DNA of 64,000 nucleotides from positions 899 to 64,898 of the forward strand of contig CAUWGE010000002.1 in the NCBI GenBank assembly GCA_963558395.1. The letters run 5' to 3'. Positions 51,989 to 61,437 of the stretch are shown piece by piece. The translations under genes were made by a program, and so were the position numbers. The stretch comes from an uncultured Clostridia bacterium (GTDB lineage Bacteria; Bacillota; Clostridia; TANB77; CAG-508). Each line of letters starts with the position of its first letter. The stretch's first letter is position 1. The notes under the pieces are model-generated. The model made no database searches. It was not told the origin of the DNA and saw only the letters and a program-made list of their open reading frames with translations.

Positions 51989-52636
51989 ATGGTAATTGAT
52001 ATTATAATTATAGCAGTTATGGCAGGAGCCATATTTTTGGGAGTAAAAAAAGGTCTGATTTCATGTTTAATAGATGTATTAGCAGTAATAATTGCATTAG
52101 TGTTAGCAATTATGCTTTGTAAGCCAATAAGTAATTTTATAATTAAAAATACGAATTTTGATGAAACAATAAAAAATGCAATTGTAGAAAACATACCTTT
52201 AAATGATGCGGATTTTAAAGTACAAGAAAATGCGAATTTACCAAAACCAGTTGTGGACTATATAAATGGAATAACTGAAAATGCTACTGGTGCAAAAGAT
52301 GAAGCAATAAATACTATTGCAAATGAACTTACAAGCGGAATAATTATGGTAATTGCTTTTGTAGGAATATTTATAATTGTAAGGTTAGTTTTAGTATTAA
52401 TCAAAATAGTATCAAAATTAATTGATAAGATACCAGGGCTTAAACAAATAAATAAGCTTGGTGGAGGAATATGTGGAGCAGTAGAAGGAGCAATAATTGT
52501 ATATGCAATATTTGCTGTTATTTCAATAATTTCACCAATGATTGCCGAGACAAACATAATAGAACTTATACAAGAGTCTAATATTGGTTCAGCGATGTAT
52601 AATAATAATGCAGTACTAAAGTTTATTTATAAATAA
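51989..52636 (+). CDS. cvpA: CvpA family membrane protein
   Basis: DIIII...GVKKGLI and INKLGGGICG motifs. Confidence 0.75.
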   Translation: MVIDIIIIAVMAGAIFLGVKKGLISCLIDVLAVIIALVLAIMLCKPISNFIIKNTNFDETIKNAIVENIPLNDADFKVQENANLPKPVVDYINGITENATGAKDEAINTIANELTSGIIMVIAFVGIFIIVRLVLVLIKIVSKLIDKIPGLKQINKLGGGICGAVEGAIIVYAIFAVISIISPMIAETNIIELIQESNIGSAMYNNNAVLKFIYK

Positions 52637-52757
52637 ACTTTAGCAATTACTAGAAAAATCTTAAGAAAATATATCTTGATATTTGAATGAATTTTTGCTA
52701 TACTGTATAAAGTTTAAAACATACCTTTAAAGCTAAGCGAGAAAGGATATAATTAAT

Positions 52758-54041
52758 ATGAGTAAAAAGGTTAAGGAAACAAAAGTTAATAAAAAGAAAA
52801 AATCACATATAGTTCTAAAAATATTTCTTATAATACTTTTAATAGCATTAATTGTAGGCGGAATATTTGCATATAAAGTATATAAGAACGGAGGAGGCCT
52901 TACTGGTATAGTAACAACATTAATAGGTACTGACCCAGAAAAAGCAAAGAATATGCCAGACTTTTATTGCTTGCTAATGGGTAAAAGTCAAAATATGACA
53001 GATACAATAATAGTCGCAAAATATAGTCCAAATACAGGAAATGCTGCACTTTTATCAATACCAAGAGATAGCTTTGTAGGAAAGAATAAAAAAGCAGCAA
53101 CTGCTTCAGATAAAATAAACTCAAAATATCAAATTAGTCCACAAAAAACATTAGATGCGGTAAATGATTTGACAGGACTTAATATAAAATACTATGTTAC
53201 AATAGATACAGCAGCACTTAGACATCTAGTTGATGCAATTGGAGGAGTAACTTTTAATGTTCCAATAAATATGGATTATGATGACAGTTCTCAAGATTTA
53301 TATATTCATTTAAAAGCAGGAGAACAACTTTTAAATGGAGAACAAGCAGAATGGGTAGTAAGATTTAGACACAATAATAATGGAACATCTTATCCAGTGA
53401 GTTATGGAGATAATGACCTAGGAAGAATGAGAACTCAAAGAGAATTTATTATGGAAGTAGCAAAACAGACATTAAAAATTGAAAACATAACAAAAATAAA
53501 TGAGATTTTAAAAATTGCAGAAGAAGAAGTTGAAACAAATATTGACTGGAATACAATGTCAAATTATATACCTGCATTAATGAATTTTAAACCAGAGAAT
53601 ATTAGAACAGAAACGTTACCAGGTGTTCCAGAATACTGTAATGGAGTAGCAGTATATTTAGTAAATGAAACAAAATCCAAAGAATTAGTAAATGAGTTAT
53701 TTCTAACAGATGAAGGAAATACAAGTGAAAATGGTGAAATAAATACTAATGAGGTTAATACTGGTAAAGTAGAAGAAAAAACTTTTAAAGTAGAAATTTT
53801 AAATGGAACGGGAAGTTCTACGAAACTTCAAAAAGCAATAGAACAATTAAAAGCACAAGGATATAAAGTAACAAAACAAGGAACGACTAATATAGCTTCA
53901 GAAACCACAATTATAAATCGAACTCAAAATACATCTAAAGAAGAAAATTCATTAAAAGCACTTCTAGGAGCAGGTGTTCCTATAACAGGTGAGAATAATT
54001 CAAATGTAGACTTTACAATTATTTTAGGTAGAGATTATTAA
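52758..54041 (+). CDS. LCP (LytR-CpsA-Psr) protein with LytR_C domain
   Basis: TDTII, LSIPRD, DAIGGV, RFRH, DLGRMRTQ; C-terminal VEILNGTG...IILGRDY. Confidence 0.9.
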   Translation: MSKKVKETKVNKKKKSHIVLKIFLIILLIALIVGGIFAYKVYKNGGGLTGIVTTLIGTDPEKAKNMPDFYCLLMGKSQNMTDTIIVAKYSPNTGNAALLSIPRDSFVGKNKKAATASDKINSKYQISPQKTLDAVNDLTGLNIKYYVTIDTAALRHLVDAIGGVTFNVPINMDYDDSSQDLYIHLKAGEQLLNGEQAEWVVRFRHNNNGTSYPVSYGDNDLGRMRTQREFIMEVAKQTLKIENITKINEILKIAEEEVETNIDWNTMSNYIPALMNFKPENIRTETLPGVPEYCNGVAVYLVNETKSKELVNELFLTDEGNTSENGEINTNEVNTGKVEEKTFKVEILNGTGSSTKLQKAIEQLKAQGYKVTKQGTTNIASETTIINRTQNTSKEENSLKALLGAGVPITGENNSNVDFTIILGRDY

Positions 54042-54046
54042 AAAAA

Positions 54047-54071
54047 GAGGATTAAGGAAGCCTTAATCCTC
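54047..54071. terminator. bidirectional terminator
   Basis: GAGGATTAAGG-AAG-CCTTAATCCTC. Confidence 0.75.
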
Positions 54072-54079
54072 AAATAAAT

Positions 54080-55402
54080 TTATTTCTTTTTTGACCTTCT
54101 TGTCATACAGATTATTATTACTAGTAATAAAATAAATAAAATCCCAAGCAATAAAATGAAATTCATAGTACTAGAGCTATATACATCATGTGAAGCCATT
54201 AAATCAGTAGAATAATCAATTCCATCAATCGTATAAGTAATTGTAGCTACTACTTGACCTTTAGAAATAGGAGCGAAAGTATTTTTAAAACTAATTTTAG
54301 GAGTTATATCCAATACATTTTCGCTTTTTGTAAGGCAAGTAAGGGTAGATGCACAAATTAAATCCAAAGTGCTTGTTTCTTTAGTTCCATTTATAATAGT
54401 AATAGTTTTAAATATATCTCCATTTTTTATTAATGTCGAAGCCTTATAATTGTTAAAACCATAATCAAATAACTTTATACAATCACTTTCTCTTGTAGAA
54501 GTTCCATCTTCTAATTTTTCACCACCAAGAATTACTGCAATTAAGTGTGAATCGTCTTTTTTGGCAGTGGCTATTATACAAGACTTAGCAGGGTCTGTAT
54601 ATCCAGTCTTCATCCCAGTTGCATATTTGTAATAGTATTTACTTTCTGACCTTAAAAGTGGATTTGTAGTTTTATATTCAGTAAAGTTATTTACTGCGTT
54701 TTCTGGCAAGGAATAAGAAGCTTTTGCACAAATACTAGTTATAATAGAATTACTATATGCATATTTTCCTATTAATGCTAAGTCATAGGCAGTAGAATAA
54801 TGAGCTTCATTATGAATTCCATTAGGATTTACAAAGTTTGTATCTAAAGTGCCAAGCTCTTTTGCTTTTTGGTTCATCATTTCTGAAAATTTGGTTATAC
54901 TGTTTTCAAATTCTGTTTTAGCTTCATTTGAAGAATCAAGTAAATGATTTGAATTATTCTTATTTACAATATATTCTGCTAAAGCATATGCCGCATCATT
55001 TGCAGAATATATAAGAGTAAGATTTAAAAGTTGTTCTACTGTAAAAACTTGACCAGGTTTAATAAAACCAACTGAATAAGTTGCAGGAACAGAGTTAACC
55101 GCATAATGACTAATTTTTACTTTATCTTGCAGATTACAATTTTCTACTGTTAAAATAGCAGTCATAACTTTGGTTGTACTTGCTGGAAATAACCTTTCTT
55201 TAGAATTTTTCTCAAATAAAATTTTTCCAAATTTTGCATCAATTAAAATAGCCGCATTAGATTTTACATCTGGTTCATTACTTTCTGCTTCTAATGTATT
55301 TAAATCACTGCTAATATTAAAATCAGTAGCATTAACAACTAATGAACTCAATATAGTAATTAACAAAAAACAAAGTAAAAAAATTTTTTTTAATAATTTC
55401 AT
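54080..55402 (-). CDS. dacA: D-alanyl-D-alanine carboxypeptidase (S11)
   Basis: PASTTK (SxxK), SAN, KTG motifs; C-terminal TM anchor. Confidence 0.88.
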   Translation of the reverse strand: MKLLKKIFLLCFLLITILSSLVVNATDFNISSDLNTLEAESNEPDVKSNAAILIDAKFGKILFEKNSKERLFPASTTKVMTAILTVENCNLQDKVKISHYAVNSVPATYSVGFIKPGQVFTVEQLLNLTLIYSANDAAYALAEYIVNKNNSNHLLDSSNEAKTEFENSITKFSEMMNQKAKELGTLDTNFVNPNGIHNEAHYSTAYDLALIGKYAYSNSIITSICAKASYSLPENAVNNFTEYKTTNPLLRSESKYYYKYATGMKTGYTDPAKSCIIATAKKDDSHLIAVILGGEKLEDGTSTRESDCIKLFDYGFNNYKASTLIKNGDIFKTITIINGTKETSTLDLICASTLTCLTKSENVLDITPKISFKNTFAPISKGQVVATITYTIDGIDYSTDLMASHDVYSSSTMNFILLLGILFILLLVIIICMTRRSKKK

Positions 55403-55487
55403 GTTAGCTCCTTAAAAATATACAAAAAATATAATAACAATAATTTGATAATAAATCAAGTATAAAACTTGAAGAAAGGGTAATTTT

Positions 55488-56148
55488 ATGAAGGATTTTA
55501 TATTAAATTTAACCAAAAAACAAAAGATTATTGCAATAGTAATTCTTATTTTAAGTTCAATAGTATTATTCACAATTATATACAAAAATTTATATGCGGA
55601 AGAAGATTTAGAAGAGGAGGTTATTCTTACAAATGAAATAAATATTGTAAAAGAAAATGTTGCAGAAGATAAAAAAGAAGAAAAAGTAATTGTACATGTA
55701 GTAGGCGAGGTAAATGAACCAGGTGTAGTGTCACTTATAGAAGGATCAAGGATAATTGACGCAATAAATGCAGCAGGAGGAAAAACAGAAGAAGCAGATT
55801 TGTCTAAAATAAATTTGGCGTATATAGTAGAAGATGGCACACAAATATATATACCAAGAATAGGTGAAAATATGAATGAAACAGAGTTTATTTCAGGAGA
55901 TGCAGGAAAACGGTGTTATATCGGGAAAAAGTTCAGAGGTAGAAGAACAAACAAATGCAAAAGTTAATATTAATACCGCAAGTAAAGAAAAACTAGAAAC
56001 ACTTCCAGGAATAGGAGAAACAACAGCACAAAAAATAATAGATTATAGAGAACAAAATGGAAAGTTTAAAACAGTAGAAGACTTATTAAATGTAACAGGA
56101 ATAGGAGAAGCTAAATTTAATAATTTAAAAGACAAAATAGTAGTATAA
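55488..56148 (+). CDS. comEA: ComEA competence DNA receptor, +1 frame change at CGG 55911
   Basis: TM + SLBB domain (VHVVGEVNEPG...INLA) in frame 0; HhH domain (VNINTAS..LETLPGIG) in +1 frame; joined 219 aa. Confidence 0.9.
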
Positions 56149-56212
56149 GTTATTAATTTAGCATATTATTGGCATAAATGCCTAAAAAATAAGACGTAAA
56201 GAGTAAAAGGTG

Positions 56213-56241
56213 TTTACATAAGAGATAAAATATGGTATAAT
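56213..56241 (+). promoter_or_regulatory. sigma-A promoter with extended -10
   Basis: TTTACA-17bp-TATAAT with TG. Confidence 0.6.
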
Positions 56242-56322
56242 AATAGCGAAACTTTTGACAAAAACAGGGTCAATGGACCCACTTTCTGCTATAATAAAAA
56301 AGAAAAAACGGAGGAATACAAG

Positions 56323-56922
56323 ATGCAAGATGAAAAAAATGACACCAGCAAGGTATTCTTGGCTGGCCAAATTTTTGGTCAGCTAGTACTAGACCACATA
56401 ACCGGCGAAAGGCGGTTCTATGGTGGAAAGGTATATGTAAATATTGATGGGAAAGAATGTTTTGTCCCAATCATGGCAACAGAAGAAGTTCTAAAAAAAT
56501 GTAACCTTTCACCAAGCCTGTTGGGTAATAAATGGGTCAAAATCGAAGGATTTTTAAACTCATTTAAGCCGCAAAATGGACAAACTAAAATCTTTGTCTA
56601 TGTTTCTCGTATAAGCATTGCGAGAAGTGAAGAAGAAAGATTTTACCAAAATGCGGTATATCTGTCAGGAAAAGTGAAATCCAAACCAATTTCTTGGAAA
56701 AATAAATCCAAGAATCGGGAGAAAGCTGAATTTTGGATGGAGGTTCAGCGTTACAATACAATGGTGGACCAGATACCGGTGTATTGTAAGGGGAAAACTG
56801 CAAAAAAAGCAACTCACTTTTTCATAAATAAGGAAGTGAGTCTGAAAGGACAGTTAAACACAAGATGTGGAACGTCTTGTGAGCCCAGCTGTGAAGTTTG
56901 GGCAAAAGAATTAGAAGTATAA
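56323..56922 (+). CDS. divergent tandem OB-fold SSB-like protein
   Basis: two repeats: VFLAGQI...VKIEGFLNS and NAVYLSGKV...VSLKGQLNTR. Confidence 0.6.
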   Translation: MQDEKNDTSKVFLAGQIFGQLVLDHITGERRFYGGKVYVNIDGKECFVPIMATEEVLKKCNLSPSLLGNKWVKIEGFLNSFKPQNGQTKIFVYVSRISIARSEEERFYQNAVYLSGKVKSKPISWKNKSKNREKAEFWMEVQRYNTMVDQIPVYCKGKTAKKATHFFINKEVSLKGQLNTRCGTSCEPSCEVWAKELEV

Positions 56923-56937
56923 AAATAGCAGAAAGAT

Positions 56938-56990
56938 GGAGGGCTTAGCGAAGATACTGTTTCAGTAGCATCGCTTTAGGCCCTCTCTTT
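56938..56990 (+). terminator. intrinsic terminator
   Basis: GAGGGCTTAGCGA...TCGCTTTAGGCCCTC-TCTTT. Confidence 0.65.
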
Positions 56991-57060
56991 AATTTGTTAT
57001 AACAGAAATTAAAAATTCTATCCAAATAATATATCTAAAAAATGTTTACTTATAATTATT

Positions 57061-57882
57061 TTGTTCCATATATTCTTTTTCAATATCATATATACTTTGC
57101 TTGTGTATGCTAAAGACAATAGATTTACAAATTACCAAGTAGACATTAATAGTTTATATGATATAAAAGAATATATTCCCGTCGAAGAAGAACTTTCACA
57201 GATAGATAAATATCAAGGGTTTTATGTAGGAAGATATGAGACAGGAATGTCCGAAAATATACCAAAGGTATCAGATGTAGATACTGAAGGAGATGTAATA
57301 AATATAAATAATAGTGAACTTAAATATAATAATAGAACAATAAAGCCAGTTATTATGCAAGGAAAAGAAGTTTGGAACTTTATAGATAGAGATAATGCAG
57401 ATAAAATATCAAGAAAAATTGCAAATAACGAAAGTGTAAAAAGTGGACTAATTACAGGAAAACAGTGGGATACAATGTTAGCATGGTTTATAGAAAGTGG
57501 AATATATAATAACAGCAGTGAAGCAGACAAATACTATGCGGAAATTGGAAATTTTTATAATTCAGAATATACCATAAATGGCTTGCATGGAATAGAGAAA
57601 GATAATATAGTTAGTTGGAATAATGGAGAATATCATAAAGCTACAAAAGAAAAAGCATATTTAGGGTCAGGAGTTCATAATAATAGTAAAGTAAATAATA
57701 TTTATGATGTATATGGAAACCTTTGGGAGAAAACGACAGAAACAGATAAGGATGGAAAAATGATACAAAGAGGTATAGGTGCAAATGCTGGTTCAAACAA
57801 GGCAGCTGGGGTGCATAGGCATGGAGATAAAGATGAAGCGGGAAGTGTCGGAGGATTTAGAATAGTTTTATATGTATTATAA
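57061..57882 (+). CDS. C-type-lectin-fold (FGE-sulfatase-like) protein, possibly 5'-truncated
   Basis: GFYVGRYE, QWD, NNIYDVYGNLWE, GFRIVLY motifs; no clear RBS at the TTG start. Confidence 0.6.
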   Translation: MFHIFFFNIIYTLLVYAKDNRFTNYQVDINSLYDIKEYIPVEEELSQIDKYQGFYVGRYETGMSENIPKVSDVDTEGDVININNSELKYNNRTIKPVIMQGKEVWNFIDRDNADKISRKIANNESVKSGLITGKQWDTMLAWFIESGIYNNSSEADKYYAEIGNFYNSEYTINGLHGIEKDNIVSWNNGEYHKATKEKAYLGSGVHNNSKVNNIYDVYGNLWEKTTETDKDGKMIQRGIGANAGSNKAAGVHRHGDKDEAGSVGGFRIVLYVL

Positions 57883-57904
57883 AATTATTTAAAATAATGC
57901 AAGT

Positions 57905-57944
57905 TGAAGAGCAAGTAATTAAGTTGAAAATTACTTGCTCTTCA
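57905..57944 (+). terminator. inverted repeat/terminator
   Basis: perfect 16-bp TGAAGAGCAAGTAATT / AATTACTTGCTCTTCA. Confidence 0.65.
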
Positions 57945-58021
57945 TGATATAATAAAACCACAAATTAGTAAGGTTATAGAAATTAAAACATAAAATTTAG
58001 ATATAAAGAGAGGAGAAGATT

Positions 58022-58822
58022 TTGAATAAAGAGAGTTTGCGTTTAACAACAGCACAATTTGCAAAATTACATAATGTAAACAAGCGTACACTTCATTATT
58101 ATGATAAAATAGGCTTGTTTTCTCCTAATAATAAAGGTGAAAATAATTATCGATATTATGATGCTTTACAAAGTATAAACTTTGAATATATACGTATGTT
58201 TAAAGAATTAAACATGACTATAAGTGAAATAAAAGATTATGTAGAAAATCCAAATGAAAAAGAATTTATTAAAATTATAGATGAAAAATCTTGTGAAATA
58301 GAAAAGGAAATAAAAAAATTAAATAGAATAAAAAGATTACTTAATGATAAAAAAGAGCAACTGATACTTAGTATGGGAAAAGAAAATATGACAATTCAAG
58401 TCATTCAATGTGAACAAGAAGAATTATTAACAGTACCATTTGCATTTAAAGATGAAGATTTGCAAAATCTGTTTTCATATATAAAAGAAAAGTGGGGAAT
58501 AGAACAATGTAGAGCAGGTGTAGGCAGTTATATTTCTTTAGAGAAAGTTAAAAATAAAAAATTTGAAGAATATGATGGATTATTTACCCCCAGTTTAAAC
58601 AAAAACGGAAGGACTGTTACAAAAATTAAAGGAAAATACTTATGTGGATATATAAAAGGAAGTTGGGATAAGTTACCTATGATGTATGAAAAAATGTTAG
58701 AATATGCAGAGAAAAATAATCTGCAATTAACAGGAGATGCTTATGAAAAGGGACTAAATGATTTTGCTATTAGTAATGAAGAAGAATATGTTACACAAAT
58801 TTTAATAAAAATTGAAGAATAA
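58022..58822 (+). CDS. MerR-family regulator with GyrI-like effector domain
   Basis: TTAQFAKLHNVNKRTLHYYDKIGLF..NNYRYY. Confidence 0.9.
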   Translation: MNKESLRLTTAQFAKLHNVNKRTLHYYDKIGLFSPNNKGENNYRYYDALQSINFEYIRMFKELNMTISEIKDYVENPNEKEFIKIIDEKSCEIEKEIKKLNRIKRLLNDKKEQLILSMGKENMTIQVIQCEQEELLTVPFAFKDEDLQNLFSYIKEKWGIEQCRAGVGSYISLEKVKNKKFEEYDGLFTPSLNKNGRTVTKIKGKYLCGYIKGSWDKLPMMYEKMLEYAEKNNLQLTGDAYEKGLNDFAISNEEEYVTQILIKIEE

Positions 58823-58825
58823 TAC

Positions 58826-58856
58826 TTGACTTTACACTTACTAGATACTTTATACT
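58826..58856 (+). promoter_or_regulatory. MerR-type promoter with 19-bp spacer
   Basis: TTGACT (58826-31)-19bp-TATACT (58851-56), directly after the merR gene. Confidence 0.75.
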
Positions 58857-58880
58857 AAAAGTAGAAAAGGAGTGTATTGT

Positions 58881-59522
58881 ATGAAAAAAGAGATATTATT
58901 TAGAGAATTTAAAGAGGAAGATTCAAAAGTAATTGAAGAAATTATTATAGAGGCATGGAAATATAATGACCTTTGTTCTTCAAAAATTGCACACAAGATG
59001 GCAAAAGTATTTTTAAGCAGTTGTTTAACAAATCAAACTTATACGCAAGTAGCATTATTAAATAATGAGCCAATTGAAGTAATAATGGCAAAAGACACTA
59101 AATCACATAAATGTCCTTTAAAATATAAAATAAGACAGGCAAAGGACATAATATCGTTATACTTATCAAAAGAAGGAAGAAAGACATCAAAAATCTTTTC
59201 AAATGTAAGTGAAATTGATAAAGAACTTTTAAATGAATGTAAAAAGGAATACGAAGGAGAAGTAGCATTTTTTGCAATATCTAGTAAAGCTCGTGGAAAT
59301 GGAATTGGGAAGGAAATGTTTGGTGATATGTTAAAATATATGAAATCACAAAACGTTAATAATTTTTACTTATATACTGATACAAGTTGTAACTATGGAT
59401 TTTATGAACATCAAGGTATGAAGAGGTGCGCTGAAAAATCGCAAAATTTTGTTATCAATGGACAAGATGCAAAAATGACATTTTTTATATATGATTTCTG
59501 TATTAACGAAATTATGAAATAA
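58881..59522 (+). CDS. GNAT acetyltransferase
   Basis: ARGNGIG acetyl-CoA motif, YTDTSCNYGFYEHQG. Confidence 0.85.
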   Translation: MKKEILFREFKEEDSKVIEEIIIEAWKYNDLCSSKIAHKMAKVFLSSCLTNQTYTQVALLNNEPIEVIMAKDTKSHKCPLKYKIRQAKDIISLYLSKEGRKTSKIFSNVSEIDKELLNECKKEYEGEVAFFAISSKARGNGIGKEMFGDMLKYMKSQNVNNFYLYTDTSCNYGFYEHQGMKRCAEKSQNFVINGQDAKMTFFIYDFCINEIMK

Positions 59523-59590
59523 TAAAAATTGACAAAATATAAAATCATTAAAATGAATGATGTATGAAAAAATAAAGGGGGAAAATTGAT

Positions 59591-60124
59591 ATGGAAAGAA
59601 AAGTGATTTTATATATTTCACAGAGTTTAGATGGATTCATTGCAGACAATACAGGTAGAGTAGATTGGATTATTGGCAATAATAAAGAGTATATTAGTGA
59701 TTATGGATATGAAAGCTTTATAAAAAATATAGATACAGTTATTTTAGGTGCAAATACATATAAACAGATAAAAAATGAATTATCACCAGACAAATGGGTT
59801 TATGAAGACTTACAAAGTTATGTTTTTACTAATGAAAAAAGTAAAAATACTGAAAATATAAAATTTGTTAATATGAATATAGAAGAACTAATAGAGAGAT
59901 TAAAACAAGAAAAAGGAAAAAACATATGGATATGTGGAGGAGCAAATTTGGTAAATCAATGTTTAAAAAATGATTTAATTGATGAATACCAGATTACAAC
60001 TGTTCCAGTAATTCTAGGAAACGGAATTAGACTGTTTGAGAAAAATGGTAAAAAAATAAAACTAGAATTGAAAGAAATAAAAGAAGAAAATGGATTAGTA
60101 ATTGGAAGATATACTAAGGAGTAA
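59591..60124 (+). CDS. dihydrofolate reductase/RibD C-terminal family protein
   Basis: SLDGFIA, IWICGGA, PVILGNGIRLF. Confidence 0.88.
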   Translation: MERKVILYISQSLDGFIADNTGRVDWIIGNNKEYISDYGYESFIKNIDTVILGANTYKQIKNELSPDKWVYEDLQSYVFTNEKSKNTENIKFVNMNIEELIERLKQEKGKNIWICGGANLVNQCLKNDLIDEYQITTVPVILGNGIRLFEKNGKKIKLELKEIKEENGLVIGRYTKE

Positions 60125-60239
60125 ATTCTGTGTATGTTACAAAATTTAAAATGTAAAAATAAAACGCTTGATATATAAGCGTTTTATAAATTAATATAAA
60201 ATATTTTAAAATAAAAAAAGAGGCTAAAGCCTCTGAAAT

Positions 60240-60315
60240 TGGTTGCGGGGGAAGGACTCGAACCTCCGACCTTTGGGTTATGAGCCCAACGAGCTGCCAA
60301 CTGCTCCACCCCGCG
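60240..60315 (-). tRNA. initiator tRNA-fMet(CAT)
   Basis: reverse complement CGCGGGG...GGG-CT-CAT-AA-CCC...CCCCGCAACCA; C1:A72 mismatch and three G-C anticodon pairs. Confidence 0.95.
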
Positions 60316-60541
60316 ATGTGTTGACTTTTATATTATACATCTTAGAAGCCAAACTTGTCAATAGTTTTTCGAAAATTAACAAAAAATGTATGATAAAAAG
60401 TAGATATTACTATATTATATGATAATTAACAAAAAATATTACAAAAATATTTTGCTACGCATTTAATAAATTTACTAGTTGTAAAAGAAGTATAGATATG
60501 ATATTATAAGCGAAAGATTAAAATACGAGGAGAAAAATATT

Positions 60542-61420
60542 ATGAAGGATAAGAAAGATAAGAAGAAAAAGAAAATGAAACTACAAAGAATTATAAAACT
60601 TGCATATAAAGAAAATAAACGAAGTTCATTACTTTTATACATGATTTTAAGAGCATTAGTTATCGTTTGTATGATTTTGCAAATTTTACATGGAAACTTT
60701 GGAAATGCCATGCTTTGCATGTTATCTTTAATATTACTATTGGTTCCTTTATTTGTTCAAAATAGATTCAAAATAACACTTCCAAATGGGCTAGAGATAG
60801 CGATATATTTATTTATATTTTCCGCAGAAATATTAGGAGAAATACACAATTTTTATGGAGTAATTCCTTTTTGGGATACAATGCTTCACACAATAAATGG
60901 ATTTTTGGCAGCAGCAGTAGGATTCTCAATAGTAGATTTATTAAATAAAAACAGCAAAAGCTTTAAACTTTCACCAATATATTTATGTATAGTGGCATTT
61001 TGCTTTTCAATGACAATTGGAGTAATATGGGAATTTTTTGAATTTGGAATGGACAGCTTCTTCAAAACAGATATGCAAAAAGATAGAATTATAGAGACAA
61101 TTTCATCAGTAGAATTAAATGAACTTGGAAAAAATGAAGCAGTTGTACTAGAGAATATAGGAGGAACAATTATACTTGGAAAAAACGGAGAAGTACTTCA
61201 AGTAGTTGATGGGGGATATTTAGATATTGGAATAATAGATTCAATGAAAGATTTAATAGTAAACTTTGTTGGAGCATTTGTATTTTCTATATTTGGATAT
61301 ATAACATTAAGAAAAAATAAAAATAATTTTATTCAAAACTTTGTACCAACAAGAGAAAAGCGAAAAATACCTAAATCAGTAAAAAAAGAGTTAAAAAAAT
61401 ATGATATAAAGACAGAATAA
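60542..61420 (+). CDS. integral membrane protein
   Basis: WDTMLHTING, GVIWEFFEF, DSMKDLIVN motifs, multiple TM helices. Confidence 0.7.
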   Translation: MKDKKDKKKKKMKLQRIIKLAYKENKRSSLLLYMILRALVIVCMILQILHGNFGNAMLCMLSLILLLVPLFVQNRFKITLPNGLEIAIYLFIFSAEILGEIHNFYGVIPFWDTMLHTINGFLAAAVGFSIVDLLNKNSKSFKLSPIYLCIVAFCFSMTIGVIWEFFEFGMDSFFKTDMQKDRIIETISSVELNELGKNEAVVLENIGGTIILGKNGEVLQVVDGGYLDIGIIDSMKDLIVNFVGAFVFSIFGYITLRKNKNNFIQNFVPTREKRKIPKSVKKELKKYDIKTE

Positions 61421-61437
61421 AGATATTAGAGGCAAAA

